Notes: generated by a model from the letters alone, not told the origin. A DNA stretch of 64,000 bases from Candidatus Doudnabacteria bacterium RIFCSPHIGHO2_01_FULL_46_14 (GCA_001779925.1 MFEK01000016.1:142504-206503), one strand, 5' to 3'. Counted from the first letter of the stretch, positions 18,461 through 28,745 are shown. Numbers and translations are program-made.

Positions 18461-21292
18461 ATGGGAAAAGATAAAGAAGAGAAAAAAGATATATTGCTTT
18501 TGGTGGATGGGAATGCGCTCATACACCGGGGGTTTCATGCGATTCCGCATTTGTCTACGAAAGCGGGCGAGCCGACCAATGGCGTGTATGGTTTTACGGT
18601 GTTGTTTTTGCGCGCCCTCAAAGAGCTGGCGCCACGGTATGTGGCGGTGGCCTTTGATCTGCCTGGCGGTACGTTTCGCGATAAGCTCTACGATGCTTAC
18701 AAGGCCAAGCGAGTCGCGGCGCCTGCTGAACTGTATTCGCAGATCCCGCGCGTAAAAGAATTGGTGCAAGCCATGAACGTGCCAACATTTGAACTTGAGG
18801 ACTATGAAGCGGATGATATTATCGGTTCACTGGCTGAGCTTGGTAAACGTGAGCAGAATTTGGAAACTATTATTTTGACTGGCGATCTGGATGCTTTGCA
18901 GCTCGTGGATGACAATGTAAAAGTTTTCACGCCAAAGCAGGGACTCAGTGAGACAATGATTTATGATCGAAAGGCTGTGGAGGTTCGCTATGGAATAGCG
19001 CCCGAGCAGATCGTGGATTACAAAGCTTTGCGAGGGGACGCTTCTGATAACATTCCGGGCGTCAAAGGCATTGGCGAGAAAACTGCGACCGAGTTGCTGC
19101 AAAAATTTGGAACTTTGAAAGGAATTTATGAGGTTTTGACTTCACCCCTCCCTAACCCTCCCCCTCAAGGGGAGGGAATAAGACCGAAAGTTGCGCAATT
19201 ATTACTCCTGCATCGGCAGGACGCCGAGATTTCGCAAAAATTGGCGCAGATTGTGCGCGATCTGCCGATCAAACTCGACCTGAAAAAGGCAGAACTCGCG
19301 GATTATGACGCTGAGCCGGTTGTAAAAATGTTTCAGGAGCTGGAGTTTCGAAGCTTGATTGATAAGCTGCCGAAGAATAACCCCCCTCAATCCCCCCTTA
19401 GTTTAAGGGGGGAAGAAAATGCGGATCAGGGGGAGGAAAAACTTACGAAAAGTGTAATTCAGTCCAATTATGAATTAGTCGATTCGAAAAAGGAATACGA
19501 GGCTCTGATAAAGGGATTAAAGGGAGTAAAGGAAATCGCGATTGATACGGAAACAACCTCGATTCATCCGGTGCAGGCCGAGCTTCTCGGTTTGGGAATT
19601 GGCTGGGAAGAGGGAAAGGCGTTTTACGTTCTTAGAAACTTTGTGGGACCGGAATTGATCTCCATTCTCGAGAACTCTGGCGTCAAAAAGATCGGGCACA
19701 ATATAAAATATGATTATCTGGTTTTAAAACAGGCAAGAATCAAATTGGCCGGTATGAATTTTGATACCATGATCGCGGCTTATTTGCTCAATCCAGGGGC
19801 GCGCAATTTTGATCTCGACAGTTTGAGTTTCAACGAATTCGGGATCCGCAAGATTTCCATTACCAGTCTGATTGGCCCCTCACCCTTAGTAAAGGGTGTA
19901 GGGGGCAAAAAACAGATTAATATGAGAGAGGTTGATCCTGAGCGAGTGGCTGAATATTGCGGCGAAGATGTAGACTGCACTTGGCGGCTCAAACAGAAAC
20001 TGGAAACAGAATTAAAAAACAAGAATCTGGAAAAAGTTTTTTATGAGATAGACATGCCGCTCGTTGCCGTGCTTGCGGAAATGGAACACTCGGGCATTAA
20101 GATTGATACGAAATATTTAAAAGAGCTTTCTGCGAAAGCTGAGCAAGAAGCTGACAAAATTCAGAAACAAATCTGGAAATTGGCCGGCGAAGAGTTCAAT
20201 ATCGGCAGCCCGATTCAACTTAAGAAAATACTTTTTGAAAAGCTGGGGATTCCGAGCGATGAACTAAAAAAAGGCAAAACCGGCCTCTCGACCGCGGCCC
20301 AGGAGCTCGAAAAACTGCGCGGCCTGCATCCGATTGTGGATCTGATTTTCGACTGGCGGGAAATCACAAAGCTCAAAAACACTTATCTTGATGCTCTGCC
20401 GGATCTGGTTTACAAAAAAACAGGGAGACTGCACACGAGTTTCAACCAAACTATTGCCGCTACCGGCCGACTGTCATCGTCTGATCCGAATCTGCAGAAT
20501 ATTCCGATTCGCACAGAACTCGGACGCGAGGTGCGTAAAGCCTTTGTGGCGGAAAAAAGCTGCAAATTGGTTTCCATAGACTATTCGCAGATCGAATTGC
20601 GACTTGCTGCTCACATTTCCGGGGATCCGAAAATGATTGAGGTATTTCGGAGCGGCGGAGATATCCATGAGGCTACTGCAAGAGACATCTTTAACCTCAC
20701 CCCAGCCCTCTCCTCACGAGGAGAGGGAGCAGAAGTCACTCCTGATATGCGGCGGGCAGCCAAGACTATAAATTTTGGCGTGCTCTATGGCCTGTCTGCG
20801 TATGGACTTAAATCCCGAATTCCAGGAGTGTCGGTGGGAGTAGCGGAAGATTTTATTAATAAATATTTTGCAACCTACAAACGCCTCGCTGACTATCTCG
20901 ACGAGGTTGTTGAAGAAACAAAAAAGACTGGCTATGTTCATAATGAACTGGGACGACTCCGGTTTCTGCCGGAGATCAATTCGTCCCAGTTTCAGGTGCG
21001 CTCTGCGGCAGAGCGCGCGGCCATCAATATGCCGTTTCAGTCCCTGTCCGCGGACATTATCAAAATGGCTATGAATAAATTGGCGGAAAAGAATTTAATA
21101 ACCCAGCCTGATTGCAGGCTTCTCTTGCAGGTTCATGACGAACTCGTATTTGAAATCGCGGAAAATAAAATCGAGAAATACGTGCCAGAGATCGTAAAGA
21201 TCATGCAGAATATTTATAAGCTGAAAGTTCCCTTGGTGGTTGATGCCAAAGCCGGAGAGAACTGGGAAGTCATGGAAAAGCTGGCCGTTTAG
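18461..21292 (+). CDS. polA: DNA polymerase I
   Basis: 5'-3' exo (LVDG, YEADD, GDASDNIPGVKGIG), 3'-5' exo (DTET), polymerase (DYSQIELR, AKTINFG, LQVHDEL); four repeat-derived inserts. Confidence 0.98.
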   Translation: MGKDKEEKKDILLLVDGNALIHRGFHAIPHLSTKAGEPTNGVYGFTVLFLRALKELAPRYVAVAFDLPGGTFRDKLYDAYKAKRVAAPAELYSQIPRVKELVQAMNVPTFELEDYEADDIIGSLAELGKREQNLETIILTGDLDALQLVDDNVKVFTPKQGLSETMIYDRKAVEVRYGIAPEQIVDYKALRGDASDNIPGVKGIGEKTATELLQKFGTLKGIYEVLTSPLPNPPPQGEGIRPKVAQLLLLHRQDAEISQKLAQIVRDLPIKLDLKKAELADYDAEPVVKMFQELEFRSLIDKLPKNNPPQSPLSLRGEENADQGEEKLTKSVIQSNYELVDSKKEYEALIKGLKGVKEIAIDTETTSIHPVQAELLGLGIGWEEGKAFYVLRNFVGPELISILENSGVKKIGHNIKYDYLVLKQARIKLAGMNFDTMIAAYLLNPGARNFDLDSLSFNEFGIRKISITSLIGPSPLVKGVGGKKQINMREVDPERVAEYCGEDVDCTWRLKQKLETELKNKNLEKVFYEIDMPLVAVLAEMEHSGIKIDTKYLKELSAKAEQEADKIQKQIWKLAGEEFNIGSPIQLKKILFEKLGIPSDELKKGKTGLSTAAQELEKLRGLHPIVDLIFDWREITKLKNTYLDALPDLVYKKTGRLHTSFNQTIAATGRLSSSDPNLQNIPIRTELGREVRKAFVAEKSCKLVSIDYSQIELRLAAHISGDPKMIEVFRSGGDIHEATARDIFNLTPALSSRGEGAEVTPDMRRAAKTINFGVLYGLSAYGLKSRIPGVSVGVAEDFINKYFATYKRLADYLDEVVEETKKTGYVHNELGRLRFLPEINSSQFQVRSAAERAAINMPFQSLSADIIKMAMNKLAEKNLITQPDCRLLLQVHDELVFEIAENKIEKYVPEIVKIMQNIYKLKVPLVVDAKAGENWEVMEKLAV
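19142..19179. repeat. BoxC-like repeat in frame in polA (copy 1)
   Basis: TCACCCCTCCCTAACCCTCCCCCTCAAGGGGAGGGAAT, near reverse complement of 1232-1271; encodes SPLPNPPPQGEG. Confidence 0.9.
19379..19414. repeat. BoxC-like repeat in frame in polA (copy 2, interdomain linker)
   Basis: AACCCCCCTCAATCCCCCCTTAGTTTAAGGGGGGAA; encodes NPPQSPLSLRGE. Confidence 0.85.
19875..19906. repeat. degenerate palindromic repeat in frame in polA (copy 3)
   Basis: GCCCCTCACCCTTAGTAAAGGGTGTAGGGGGC; encodes PSPLVKGVGG. Confidence 0.65.
20693..20730. repeat. BoxC-like repeat in frame in polA (copy 4)
   Basis: AACCTCACCCCAGCCCTCTCCTCACGAGGAGAGGGAGC; encodes NLTPALSSRGEG. Confidence 0.85.
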
Positions 21293-21332
21293 TATTGACG
21301 GGCATCAATTTTATTGTTAAAGTATCAGAACT

Positions 21333-21596
21333 ATGCCAACAACCAAATCAGCAATCAAAGCCATGCGGGGAAGCGCCAGAAAGCGCAAAGTTAACCTGGT
21401 GACGATCAGCAAATACAAAGAGGCCATCAAAGCCGTGCGTAAAGCCCTCACCGGCAAGAAAAAAGATGAAGCAGTCAAACTGCTCTCGGGCGCTTACAGC
21501 CAGCTTGATAAAGCCGTGAAAAAGCATGTCATCAAAAAGGGCAAATCCATGCGGCTCAAATCAAGGCTTGCGAAAGCGATCGCCAAGATACAGTAA
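21333..21596 (+). CDS. rpsT: 30S ribosomal protein S20
   Basis: MPTTKSAIK..., 'LDKAVKKHVIKKGKSMRLKSRL'. Confidence 0.95.
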   Translation: MPTTKSAIKAMRGSARKRKVNLVTISKYKEAIKAVRKALTGKKKDEAVKLLSGAYSQLDKAVKKHVIKKGKSMRLKSRLAKAIAKIQ

Positions 21597-21651
21597 GTTG
21601 CCTGCCTGCCGGCGAGGCAGGCAAGTAGTAAGAAAACAGCGAAACCCAGAC

Positions 21652-21864
21652 CTAGATCTGGGTTTCTTTTGGTAAAAATGGGTCGTGGATTGGGAAGTCA
21701 AAGACATTGACCTGTTTTAGGCCAGCTTCGTCTATTTGGGCGAAAACCCAGACAAAGCTCTCAAAGCCTGGAACAGGTTCAGACCTTTTCGTTTGCCAAT
21801 CCAGAAGTTGATATTGTTCAGCAGGCATGGTGCCGATCAAAAATTCCCCAAGTCCTATGCTCAT
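21652..21864 (-). CDS. small hypothetical protein
   Basis: 70 aa with GAGGAGG SD. Confidence 0.55.
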   Translation of the reverse strand: MSIGLGEFLIGTMPAEQYQLLDWQTKRSEPVPGFESFVWVFAQIDEAGLKQVNVFDFPIHDPFLPKETQI

Positions 21865-22036
21865 GATTCCTCCTCACAAGAGGAGATAATAATACGGCTG
21901 GCTGCAAAAATCAAATTTTATGCTTTTTGCGCTTTAAACTTTTATCGATGTCAATGATCTGATCGCGAAGGAGCGCAGCTTTTTCGTCCCAGTAGTAGAG
22001 CCGATCCGGGTCGGCTCACTACGGGACTTCGCCGTT

Positions 22037-24022
22037 CTATTTCTTTCTATGTAGCCTTTGGTATTGTTGGATTCGGATTATCTCATCTCTTAAGTGTGCT
22101 GCCCGCTCGAATTCTAAATTTTTACTCGCCAGGTCCATGCGGTCCTTGAGTTCTTCGAGGAAATACCGCACCTCTTTTTTGTCGAGCTTGGCAATGTCGA
22201 ATTCTTGTTTAGGCACCTCTAACGCTTTAGCTCCAGCCAGGCGAGATTCGCTGATGGCTTTCTGAATGGTTGTGGGAGTAATGCCGTGTTTTTTGTTGTA
22301 TTCGGTCTGGATTTTCCTGCGCCTTTCAACTTCATCAATGGCTTCCTTCATAGAGCGGGTTTCTCGGTCTGCATACATGATCACGCGGCCCTCAGAATGA
22401 CGCGCAGCCCGGCCCATGATTTGCAGGAAAGACGTTTTTGATCGCAGGAATCCTTCTTTATCTGCATCGAGAATGGCGACCAGGGAAACCTCAGGCAGAT
22501 CGAGGCCTTCTCTGAGCAAATTTATGCCAACGATCACATCATAAATCCCGAGCCTGAGATCGCGCAGAATCTCGAGACGCTCAAATGTATCTACCTCGCT
22601 GTGCAGGTAGTGGGATTTTACACCATTTTCTTTCAGAAACTCGGCCAGTTCCTCAGCCATGCGTTTGGTCAGGGTCGTTGCCAGCACGCGCTGGTTTTTT
22701 TTGACGCGTTTCTGGATCTCTTCCATCAGATTATCAATCTGATATTTCGTGGGCCGGACCTCGATTTCCGGATCGAGAAGGCCAGTGGGGCGGATGAGCT
22801 GTTCTGCGACGGTTTTGGATAGACCGATTTCATAGGGCGAGGGGGTAGCGGAAACAAAAATTGCATTATTGATTTTTTTGAGGAATTCCTGGTACCGGAG
22901 AGGCCGGTTGTCCATGGCCGAGGGCAGGCGAAAGCCGTAATCAACCAGGGTCTGTTTGCGGGATTTGTCGCCCTCATACATGGCACCTATCTGCGGCACA
23001 GTCATATGCGATTCATCTATAAAAAGTAAAAAATCATCAGGGAAATAATCAAGCAAGGTAGAAGGTGGTTCGCCAGCTTTGCGAAAATCCATCTGGCGTG
23101 AATAGTTTTCAATGCCGTTGACATAGCCGGTCTCAAGGAGCATTTCGATATCAAAATTGGTGCGTTGCTCGATGCGCTGGGCTTCCAGTAGCTTCTCCTG
23201 CGCCTTAAATTTTTTGAGCTGGAGCCGCAGTTCTTCGCGGATATTTTCTACCGCGAGATGGATCTTGTCCTGATCTGTGACGAAATGCTTGGCTGGAAAA
23301 ATGCGGTACGAAGAATGCGTTTTCTCATCCTCGCCAGTCAGCGCGTCAAACTCAGTCATCTTTTCCAGAGTGTCGCCAAAAAAATCCATGCGCACCACCC
23401 GATCCTCATGTGCGGGCACGATCTCGAGCACATCGCCGCGGATGCGAAATGTACCCCGCCTGAGGTCCAGATCATTGCGAATGAATTGGAGGTCAACCAA
23501 TCTTCTCAGAAGCTTGTCGCGTTTGTAATCTTTTCCGACTTCTAATTCCAATGACAACTCTAAATAATTAGCCGGGTTACCCAAGCCATAAATGCAGGAT
23601 ACTGACGCGACAATGATTACGTCCTTGCGGGACAGCAGACTCTGGGTGGCTGCGTTTCGCAGCCGATCTATCTCCTCATTAATATCCGTTTCCTTCTCTA
23701 TATATGTATCTGATCTTGGGATATAAGCTTCTGGCTGGTAATAGTCATAGTAAGACACAAAATAATGCACAGCATTGTCTGGAAAAAATTCTTGAAATTC
23801 CGATGCCAGCTGTGCGGCCAGGGTTTTGTTATGGGAAATGACGAGTGTGGGTTTCTGAATTTCTTGAATCACATTAGCCATAGTAAAAGTCTTTCCCGAA
23901 CCCGTCACCCCAAGCAGGGTTTGGAAATCGTGATCTTTTTTCACCCCCGCGACCAGTTTTTTAATCGCGTCCGGCTGGTCCCCTGTTGGTTGGAATTTTG
24001 AAACAAGTTTAAATTGATCCAT
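22037..24022 (-). CDS. uvrB: excinuclease ABC subunit B
   Basis: [24 protein letters not shown] beta-hairpin, DESH, C-terminal UVR domain. Confidence 0.98.
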   Translation of the reverse strand: MDQFKLVSKFQPTGDQPDAIKKLVAGVKKDHDFQTLLGVTGSGKTFTMANVIQEIQKPTLVISHNKTLAAQLASEFQEFFPDNAVHYFVSYYDYYQPEAYIPRSDTYIEKETDINEEIDRLRNAATQSLLSRKDVIIVASVSCIYGLGNPANYLELSLELEVGKDYKRDKLLRRLVDLQFIRNDLDLRRGTFRIRGDVLEIVPAHEDRVVRMDFFGDTLEKMTEFDALTGEDEKTHSSYRIFPAKHFVTDQDKIHLAVENIREELRLQLKKFKAQEKLLEAQRIEQRTNFDIEMLLETGYVNGIENYSRQMDFRKAGEPPSTLLDYFPDDFLLFIDESHMTVPQIGAMYEGDKSRKQTLVDYGFRLPSAMDNRPLRYQEFLKKINNAIFVSATPSPYEIGLSKTVAEQLIRPTGLLDPEIEVRPTKYQIDNLMEEIQKRVKKNQRVLATTLTKRMAEELAEFLKENGVKSHYLHSEVDTFERLEILRDLRLGIYDVIVGINLLREGLDLPEVSLVAILDADKEGFLRSKTSFLQIMGRAARHSEGRVIMYADRETRSMKEAIDEVERRRKIQTEYNKKHGITPTTIQKAISESRLAGAKALEVPKQEFDIAKLDKKEVRYFLEELKDRMDLASKNLEFERAAHLRDEIIRIQQYQRLHRKK

Positions 24023-24027
24023 GTATT

Positions 24028-24111
24028 TACCCTCCCCTTAAGATAAGGGGAGTTGGAGGGGTTATGAAAATTTAATAACTCCCCTAGCCCCTCTTAATTT
24101 AAGAGGGGAAT
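24028..24111. repeat. inverted pair of BoxC-like repeats upstream of uvrB
   Basis: CTCCCCTTA-AGA-TAAGGGGAG-TTG-GAGGGG and CTCCCCTAGCCCCTCTTA-ATT-TAAGAGGGG in opposite orientation. Confidence 0.85.
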
Positions 24112-24189
24112 TAATGCCGCAAACTTCATTTTAGCAGATTGACCAAATTTCGTTCAATAGGCATAATTTGGAAAATAAGGAGGGTTTCT

Positions 24190-24381
24190 ATGAGTGCAAT
24201 CCTACCGTCGCAGAGATGGCGCAACAACGACCAGGACAGACGGCTGAAGCCATTGCCTGATATTGTTTACCGTTGTACCAATTGTGGTCATGAGCAGGGC
24301 GAGCCGCGTTCCAGTTATTCAAAATACAATGACTGGCGGTGCGATAAATGCGGTGGCCGGGTTTCCCACCGAAAGAAATAA
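24190..24381 (+). CDS. small zinc-ribbon protein
   Basis: 'YRCTNCGHE...WRCDKCGG'; ATG follows AAGGAGG. Confidence 0.7.
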   Translation: MSAILPSQRWRNNDQDRRLKPLPDIVYRCTNCGHEQGEPRSSYSKYNDWRCDKCGGRVSHRKK

Positions 24382-24428
24382 GGATTAAAGGCGTTTCGAA
24401 TCTTGCAGTATCGAAGCGCCTTTGTTGT

Positions 24429-25226
24429 TTACACAATAGCCGTCCAGCTATTTTTTTGTTTTGGTTTCAAATCCATTGTGTTCCAAATTCCTTTGAACAC
24501 CTCGCGTAGATTGTGGGCCAACACTTGATCGTGAATTTCCACGAGATAGTGCGGACGGGCGTCAGCCACAATCATCACTACATAATCGCCAAGGATCCAG
24601 GTTGTGGCTTGGAAATTGTGGCTTTGGTCCCAGAAGCGGATATCGCGCTGGGCGAATTTTTTCTTTTTGATTTTTTCCGCGGACTCGTTGGAGAGCAATC
24701 GCAGAGAAATCCCCGGCTTGGCGCACTCTTCCCAGTACCAGTCAATCCATTTTTCATAGGCTCCGACAAACGCATGATCCTGAAAGCCCCACCAGATGCC
24801 GTCATACTGCAGCATACTGTCATCCCAAATCGGTGACTGTTTATGTAAATGATTTTCCAGTTCATCCTCAGCCACAAACACGATTTTCGGCACAGAGTAT
24901 TTTACATTTTTGGCTAAAGCCTGAAGTTCTTGGATGGCGTCTGGCAGGGACGCTTTTTTCTTTTGCAAAAGTTTTTCTTGTTTCGTGACAACATGCTGCA
25001 AATCCGCAGGGGGGCGAGCCACTACATACATATTGGTACTGCCGAGGTCCTGCGCCACAACCCCCTTTTCTACCAGCTCATTGATAACGCTATAGCAGGT
25101 GGTGCGGTTGATGCCGGCGATGCGCGCGAGTGCTCCAGGCGTGATTTTGCCGTGCTGAAGAACTGCAAGATAAACCGCGATTTCTTTGTCGCCAAAGCCG
25201 AGGGATTTGAGAGTGTCTTGAATCAT
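24429..25226 (-). CDS. TrmB-family transcriptional regulator
   Basis: 'LGFGDKEIAVYLAVL...INRTTCYSVINEL' HTH; paralog of 1550-2371. Confidence 0.85.
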   Translation of the reverse strand: MIQDTLKSLGFGDKEIAVYLAVLQHGKITPGALARIAGINRTTCYSVINELVEKGVVAQDLGSTNMYVVARPPADLQHVVTKQEKLLQKKKASLPDAIQELQALAKNVKYSVPKIVFVAEDELENHLHKQSPIWDDSMLQYDGIWWGFQDHAFVGAYEKWIDWYWEECAKPGISLRLLSNESAEKIKKKKFAQRDIRFWDQSHNFQATTWILGDYVVMIVADARPHYLVEIHDQVLAHNLREVFKGIWNTMDLKPKQKNSWTAIV

Positions 25227-25236
25227 AATTCTCTTT

Positions 25237-25319
25237 TTCCCCTCCCTTGAGGGGAGGGGGCTGGGGGAGGGTGGAATATTACCACCCCCACCTAACCTCC
25301 CCCCTCAAGGGGGAGGAAT
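25237..25319. repeat. inverted pair of BoxC-like repeats in the TrmB 5' UTR
   Basis: CCCCTCCCTTGAGGGGAGGGGGCTGGGGGAGGG and CACCCCCACCTAACCTCCCCCCTCAAGGGGGAGGAAT. Confidence 0.88.
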
Positions 25320-25334
25320 AATACTGATGGTTGT

Positions 25335-25363
25335 ATTATATACCGTTGTCGAAACAAAGTCAA
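25335..25363 (-). promoter_or_regulatory. sigma70 promoter of the second TrmB gene
   Basis: Minus strand TTGACT-17-TATAAT; spacer shares TTTCGACAAC with the promoter at 2445-2473. Confidence 0.75.
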
Positions 25364-25505
25364 CAGTATTTTTAGGCTAAAATTAGAGAAAATATGATAA
25401 TTTTAACCTAAATCGTCGAAAAAGTATTGACATTTAAGCGATTTTGAGCTAATATCCCTGATTACGCTAGAAATGGTTTCTGGCTAACAAACAATGGGAG
25501 GAATT

Positions 25506-26096
25506 ATGCAGAGTAGGTCCACGGCACTAGTTGATGTAATCCTGGCTTTGATCGGATACATTGTCGGTATGAGTATCGTTCTGTTACTAAACAGTGCAAC
25601 GGCTCATGGTCAAACAGTAGGCTGGGTGGAAGAACGATCGTTTTTCAAAGAAGGGCAGACTATCCAGCGCGTTGATGGTCTGGTAAACGGCACTATCAAC
25701 GAACGCATTGGGACATTTGTCTGGTTTCAAATCGATCCGGGTTACGCTCAAGCTTATGGCGGACTGACTTGGTCGCCAAAACCATGGGTGCAGTTCGCCG
25801 GTGGTCCTGGATTGGAACAGGCAAAAAAATCCGCGCGAGTTGGCGGGTATGTCTGGCTCGGTAAAGGCAAAACCGCCTTCTTGTTTGTTCCCGAATACGG
25901 CGGCAGTGGGTTTTGGGCCAAGGCAGAGTTTAATCAATCAGTCGGAAAGCGATTCGGGATTGGCGCAATATCTGAACGCTATAAAGGCACTGGCCCAAAA
26001 GCAGAAGTGAATATTTCAAAGTTGAAATTTTGGGGAGCGCCGCTGTGGCAGGATGGCAAGATAAACGGTTTAGTGGGCGTCAGATATAAATTCTGA
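25506..26096 (+). CDS. secreted beta-strand-rich protein (outer-membrane beta-barrel-like)
   Basis: Signal-like N-terminus ending AHG, alternating aromatic/Gly strands, C-terminal 'GLVGVRYKF'. Confidence 0.6.
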   Translation: MQSRSTALVDVILALIGYIVGMSIVLLLNSATAHGQTVGWVEERSFFKEGQTIQRVDGLVNGTINERIGTFVWFQIDPGYAQAYGGLTWSPKPWVQFAGGPGLEQAKKSARVGGYVWLGKGKTAFLFVPEYGGSGFWAKAEFNQSVGKRFGIGAISERYKGTGPKAEVNISKLKFWGAPLWQDGKINGLVGVRYKF

Positions 26097-26226
26097 TCAA
26101 ACAGCATCATCAAATGGAGGTGTGCATGAAATTACCACTGACGGGCAGCAGTATATCTGCCCTATTTTTTATGGTAAAAAAATCGGCACCCTACCCTATA
26201 AGGTGCCGTGAATCGCGAGTAACGCG

Positions 26227-26535
26227 TCACATCGGCAGTTCCCGATCTCGCAGATTTTTTTGCGCGTCGTCGAGGACTGCTTTCATAAACTGATCAAACT
26301 CGTCCTCCTGCTTTATGCAGGTGCAGGTTGAACAGTGAGGACGGGGTTTCGGTTGCAGCCAGCCCGCAATGATGCCGAGTGCTGTGCCTATCAGGGAAAA
26401 AGGTAGCACAATTTCCAGGTTGTCAAGGAAGAAGAAGCTAAACATTTTTCGCCCGGCCGGGTCGAGGAACATGAGCGCCGTGCCTGATCCCAGCACTGAT
26501 AAGCCACTCACGATCAGTAATCTTTTCAATTTCAT
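26227..26535 (-). CDS. hypothetical membrane protein
   Basis: Two TM segments, HCSTCTC motif, AAGGAGG SD. Confidence 0.65.
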   Translation of the reverse strand: MKLKRLLIVSGLSVLGSGTALMFLDPAGRKMFSFFFLDNLEIVLPFSLIGTALGIIAGWLQPKPRPHCSTCTCIKQEDEFDQFMKAVLDDAQKNLRDRELPM

Positions 26536-26606
26536 GTGAGCCTCCTTGAGTTTTTCTGTATTATAAATGCTTTGAGTTTTGTGGTAAAATGAGGATATTC
26601 ATAGGC

Positions 26607-26646
26607 GACCTCTCCCTTAATCCCTCCCCACGCCTGGGGAGGGAAA
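26607..26646. repeat. BoxC-like repeat upstream of ruvA
   Basis: CCTCTCCCTTAATCCCTCCCCA-CGCC-TGGGGAGGGAA. Confidence 0.85.
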
Positions 26647-26657
26647 CTAAATATAAT

Positions 26658-27224
26658 ATGATTTCATTTTTGGATGGGACAATCAAGGCCATTCGCAAGA
26701 ATTACCTGATAGTCATGACTGACTATGTTGGTTACAAGGTTTTTGTGACGCCGCAGATTTTGCTGAATGTCCAGCCCGCGCAAAAGACTTCGCTTTTTAC
26801 TTTTACCTATGTGCGGGAGGACCAGCTTGCGCTTTACGGATTTTCTACATTGAATGAGCTGGAGTTTTTTGAACAGCTCATTGGCGTGTCCGGCATTGGC
26901 CCGAAATCCGCTCTCGCCATCATGTCTGTGGGGACGCTCGATGTAATTAAAAGCGGCATTTTAAATGGTGATGTTTCGCTGTTCACGCAAGTTTCGGGTG
27001 TAGGGCGCAAGACCGCAGAAAGGCTCATCCTAGAGCTCAAAGAAAAAATTGCCTCGAGTCCTGAGGAGCTGGCAGCTCCCCGGCATTCGGATGTGATTGA
27101 CGTGCTCATGGCTCTGGGGTATTCGCGCACAGAAGCGCGGGAGGCGCTGGCCCAAGTCCCTGCAGATTTGAAGGATTCGGAGGATAAGATACGATTCGCT
27201 CTAAGATCGTTAGCTAAGCAGTAA
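26658..27224 (+). CDS. ruvA: Holliday junction DNA-binding protein RuvA
   Basis: MISFLDG start, VGYKV, VREDQLALYGF, VSGIGPK, GVGRKTAERL, LGY. Confidence 0.96.
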   Translation: MISFLDGTIKAIRKNYLIVMTDYVGYKVFVTPQILLNVQPAQKTSLFTFTYVREDQLALYGFSTLNELEFFEQLIGVSGIGPKSALAIMSVGTLDVIKSGILNGDVSLFTQVSGVGRKTAERLILELKEKIASSPEELAAPRHSDVIDVLMALGYSRTEAREALAQVPADLKDSEDKIRFALRSLAKQ

Positions 27225-27253
27225 ACAATTTCTAAATAATGACCAAAACCCAA

Positions 27254-27282
27254 GAGATTCTTCGGAGTACCTCAGAATGACA
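27254..27282. repeat. REP-like element (GAGATTCTTCG...CTCAGAATGACA type) inside an AT-rich intergenic repeat
   Basis: GAGATTCTTCGGAGTACCTCAGAATGACA; imperfect palindrome. Confidence 0.55.
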
Positions 27283-27339
27283 GATTGGTTATTGGGATTT
27301 GTTTAGGTCAATTAGTAATTAGAGCAATTAGAAATTTTC

Positions 27340-28743
27340 ATGATCGATTTCCTACGCCAAATTCTCGGTCAACGAATCCTTAATTACTACCACCTTGTTT
27401 GCGCTATAATCGCTAACATTCTTTATGGTTTCCCTTCACGCAAGCTACATGTCATCGGGGTGACTGGCACGGATGGAAAAACTACGACCGTAAATATGAT
27501 TGCCAGTATTCTGCGCGCGGCAGGGCTGCCAACCGCGCATCTCTCCACTGTGAATGCGCAGATCGGCGATAAAGTTTATGACACCGGTCTTCATACGACA
27601 ACTCCCAGTCCGTTTCTACTTCAGAAACTAATTCGCAGAGCAGTCAATGCTGCATCATTTTTTTTGGTGCTAGAGGTGACCTCGCACGCGCTTGATCAAT
27701 ATCGGACCTGGGGAATAAAATTTGAAACTGCGGTCATCACCAATATCAGCCATGAACATTTGGATTATCACAAGGGTTTATCAAGTTATATGGCGGCGAA
27801 AGGGAGAATTTTTAAGAATGTGGAATATGGAATATTGAATATGGATGATGGGAGTTATGAATATTTTTCAAAGATTCACCCCCACCTAACCTCCCCCCTC
27901 GAGGGGGAGGAATTAAAACGCGAGCAGCTATTGACCTATGGACTGACTGCAAATGCCAAAGTCTGGGCGGATAATATTGAGGAAAGTCTGATTGCTACAA
28001 AATTTAGAGTACACCCGCCAGACAGCAAGGCAGGTGCTATGGCAGAAACGATTTCGATTGAGTTAAACCTGCCCGGCAAATTTAATGTTTATAATGCGCT
28101 GGCGGCGATTAGCGTGGGGGTAAATTATAATGTTGCTCCAGAGGCAATCCAAAAGGGATTAAGGGGAGTAAGTCGGATTCCTGGACGGCTGGAATTCATC
28201 ACCCCTCCCTCAGTCCCTCCCCATCAAGCCTACCCCAAAAGCGAGTACGCTTTCGGGGGACCCCGGCAAGGGGAGGGAAGAATGCGGGTCATGGTGGATT
28301 TTGCGCATACGCCGAATGCGATTGAAAATCTGATGCAGTTTCTGCGGCCGAAAATCAGCGGGAAGATTATCCACGTGTTCGGCAGTGCCGGAGAGCGCGA
28401 TGTTACAAAGCGGCCGCTCATGGGCGCGGCTTCTGATAAATATGCGGACATCATTGTCCTGACGCGCGAGGATAATCGAAGCGAGCAAGTCCAAGATATC
28501 TGCGTGCAAATCGCGCAAGGGATTACGCGCAAGCAGAATGGCAAAGAATACTTTATAATTCCGGATAGGCGGGAAGCGATCAGAACCGCCCTTCGACTGG
28601 CTCAGGGCAGTGACGATTTGATAATCGTCACTGGCAAAGGCCACGAGCAGAGTTTGAATGTGGGTGGCGTGGAAACTCCGTGGGATGATAGGGAAATAGT
28701 TAGAGAAGTCGCCTCTTCGGCGACCAGCCGAGGAGGCGGGTAA
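27340..28743 (+). CDS. murE: UDP-MurNAc-tripeptide synthetase MurE
   Basis: GVTGTDGKTT, LEVTSH, HEHLDYH, GRLE, VDFAHTP, GKGHE; several repeat-derived inserts. Confidence 0.93.
   Translation: MIDFLRQILGQRILNYYHLVCAIIANILYGFPSRKLHVIGVTGTDGKTTTVNMIASILRAAGLPTAHLSTVNAQIGDKVYDTGLHTTTPSPFLLQKLIRRAVNAASFFLVLEVTSHALDQYRTWGIKFETAVITNISHEHLDYHKGLSSYMAAKGRIFKNVEYGILNMDDGSYEYFSKIHPHLTSPLEGEELKREQLLTYGLTANAKVWADNIEESLIATKFRVHPPDSKAGAMAETISIELNLPGKFNVYNALAAISVGVNYNVAPEAIQKGLRGVSRIPGRLEFITPPSVPPHQAYPKSEYAFGGPRQGEGRMRVMVDFAHTPNAIENLMQFLRPKISGKIIHVFGSAGERDVTKRPLMGAASDKYADIIVLTREDNRSEQVQDICVQIAQGITRKQNGKEYFIIPDRREAIRTALRLAQGSDDLIIVTGKGHEQSLNVGGVETPWDDREIVREVASSATSRGGG
27877..27913. repeat. BoxC-like repeat in frame in murE
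   Basis: CACCCCCACCTAACCTCCCCCCTCGAGGGGGAGGAAT; one mismatch to intergenic copy 25283-25319. Confidence 0.9.
28199..28279. repeat. BoxC-like repeat with a nested 42-bp hairpin insert, in frame in murE
   Basis: TCACCCCTCCCTCAGTCCCTCCCCAT-CAAG[...]CAAG-GGGAGGGAA. Confidence 0.8.
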
Positions 28744-28745
28744 GT

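Noticed and set aside
26589-26657. N-terminal extension of RuvA from the ORF track
   Set aside because: It is a read-through of the repeat; the typical RuvA start MISFLDG is at 26658.
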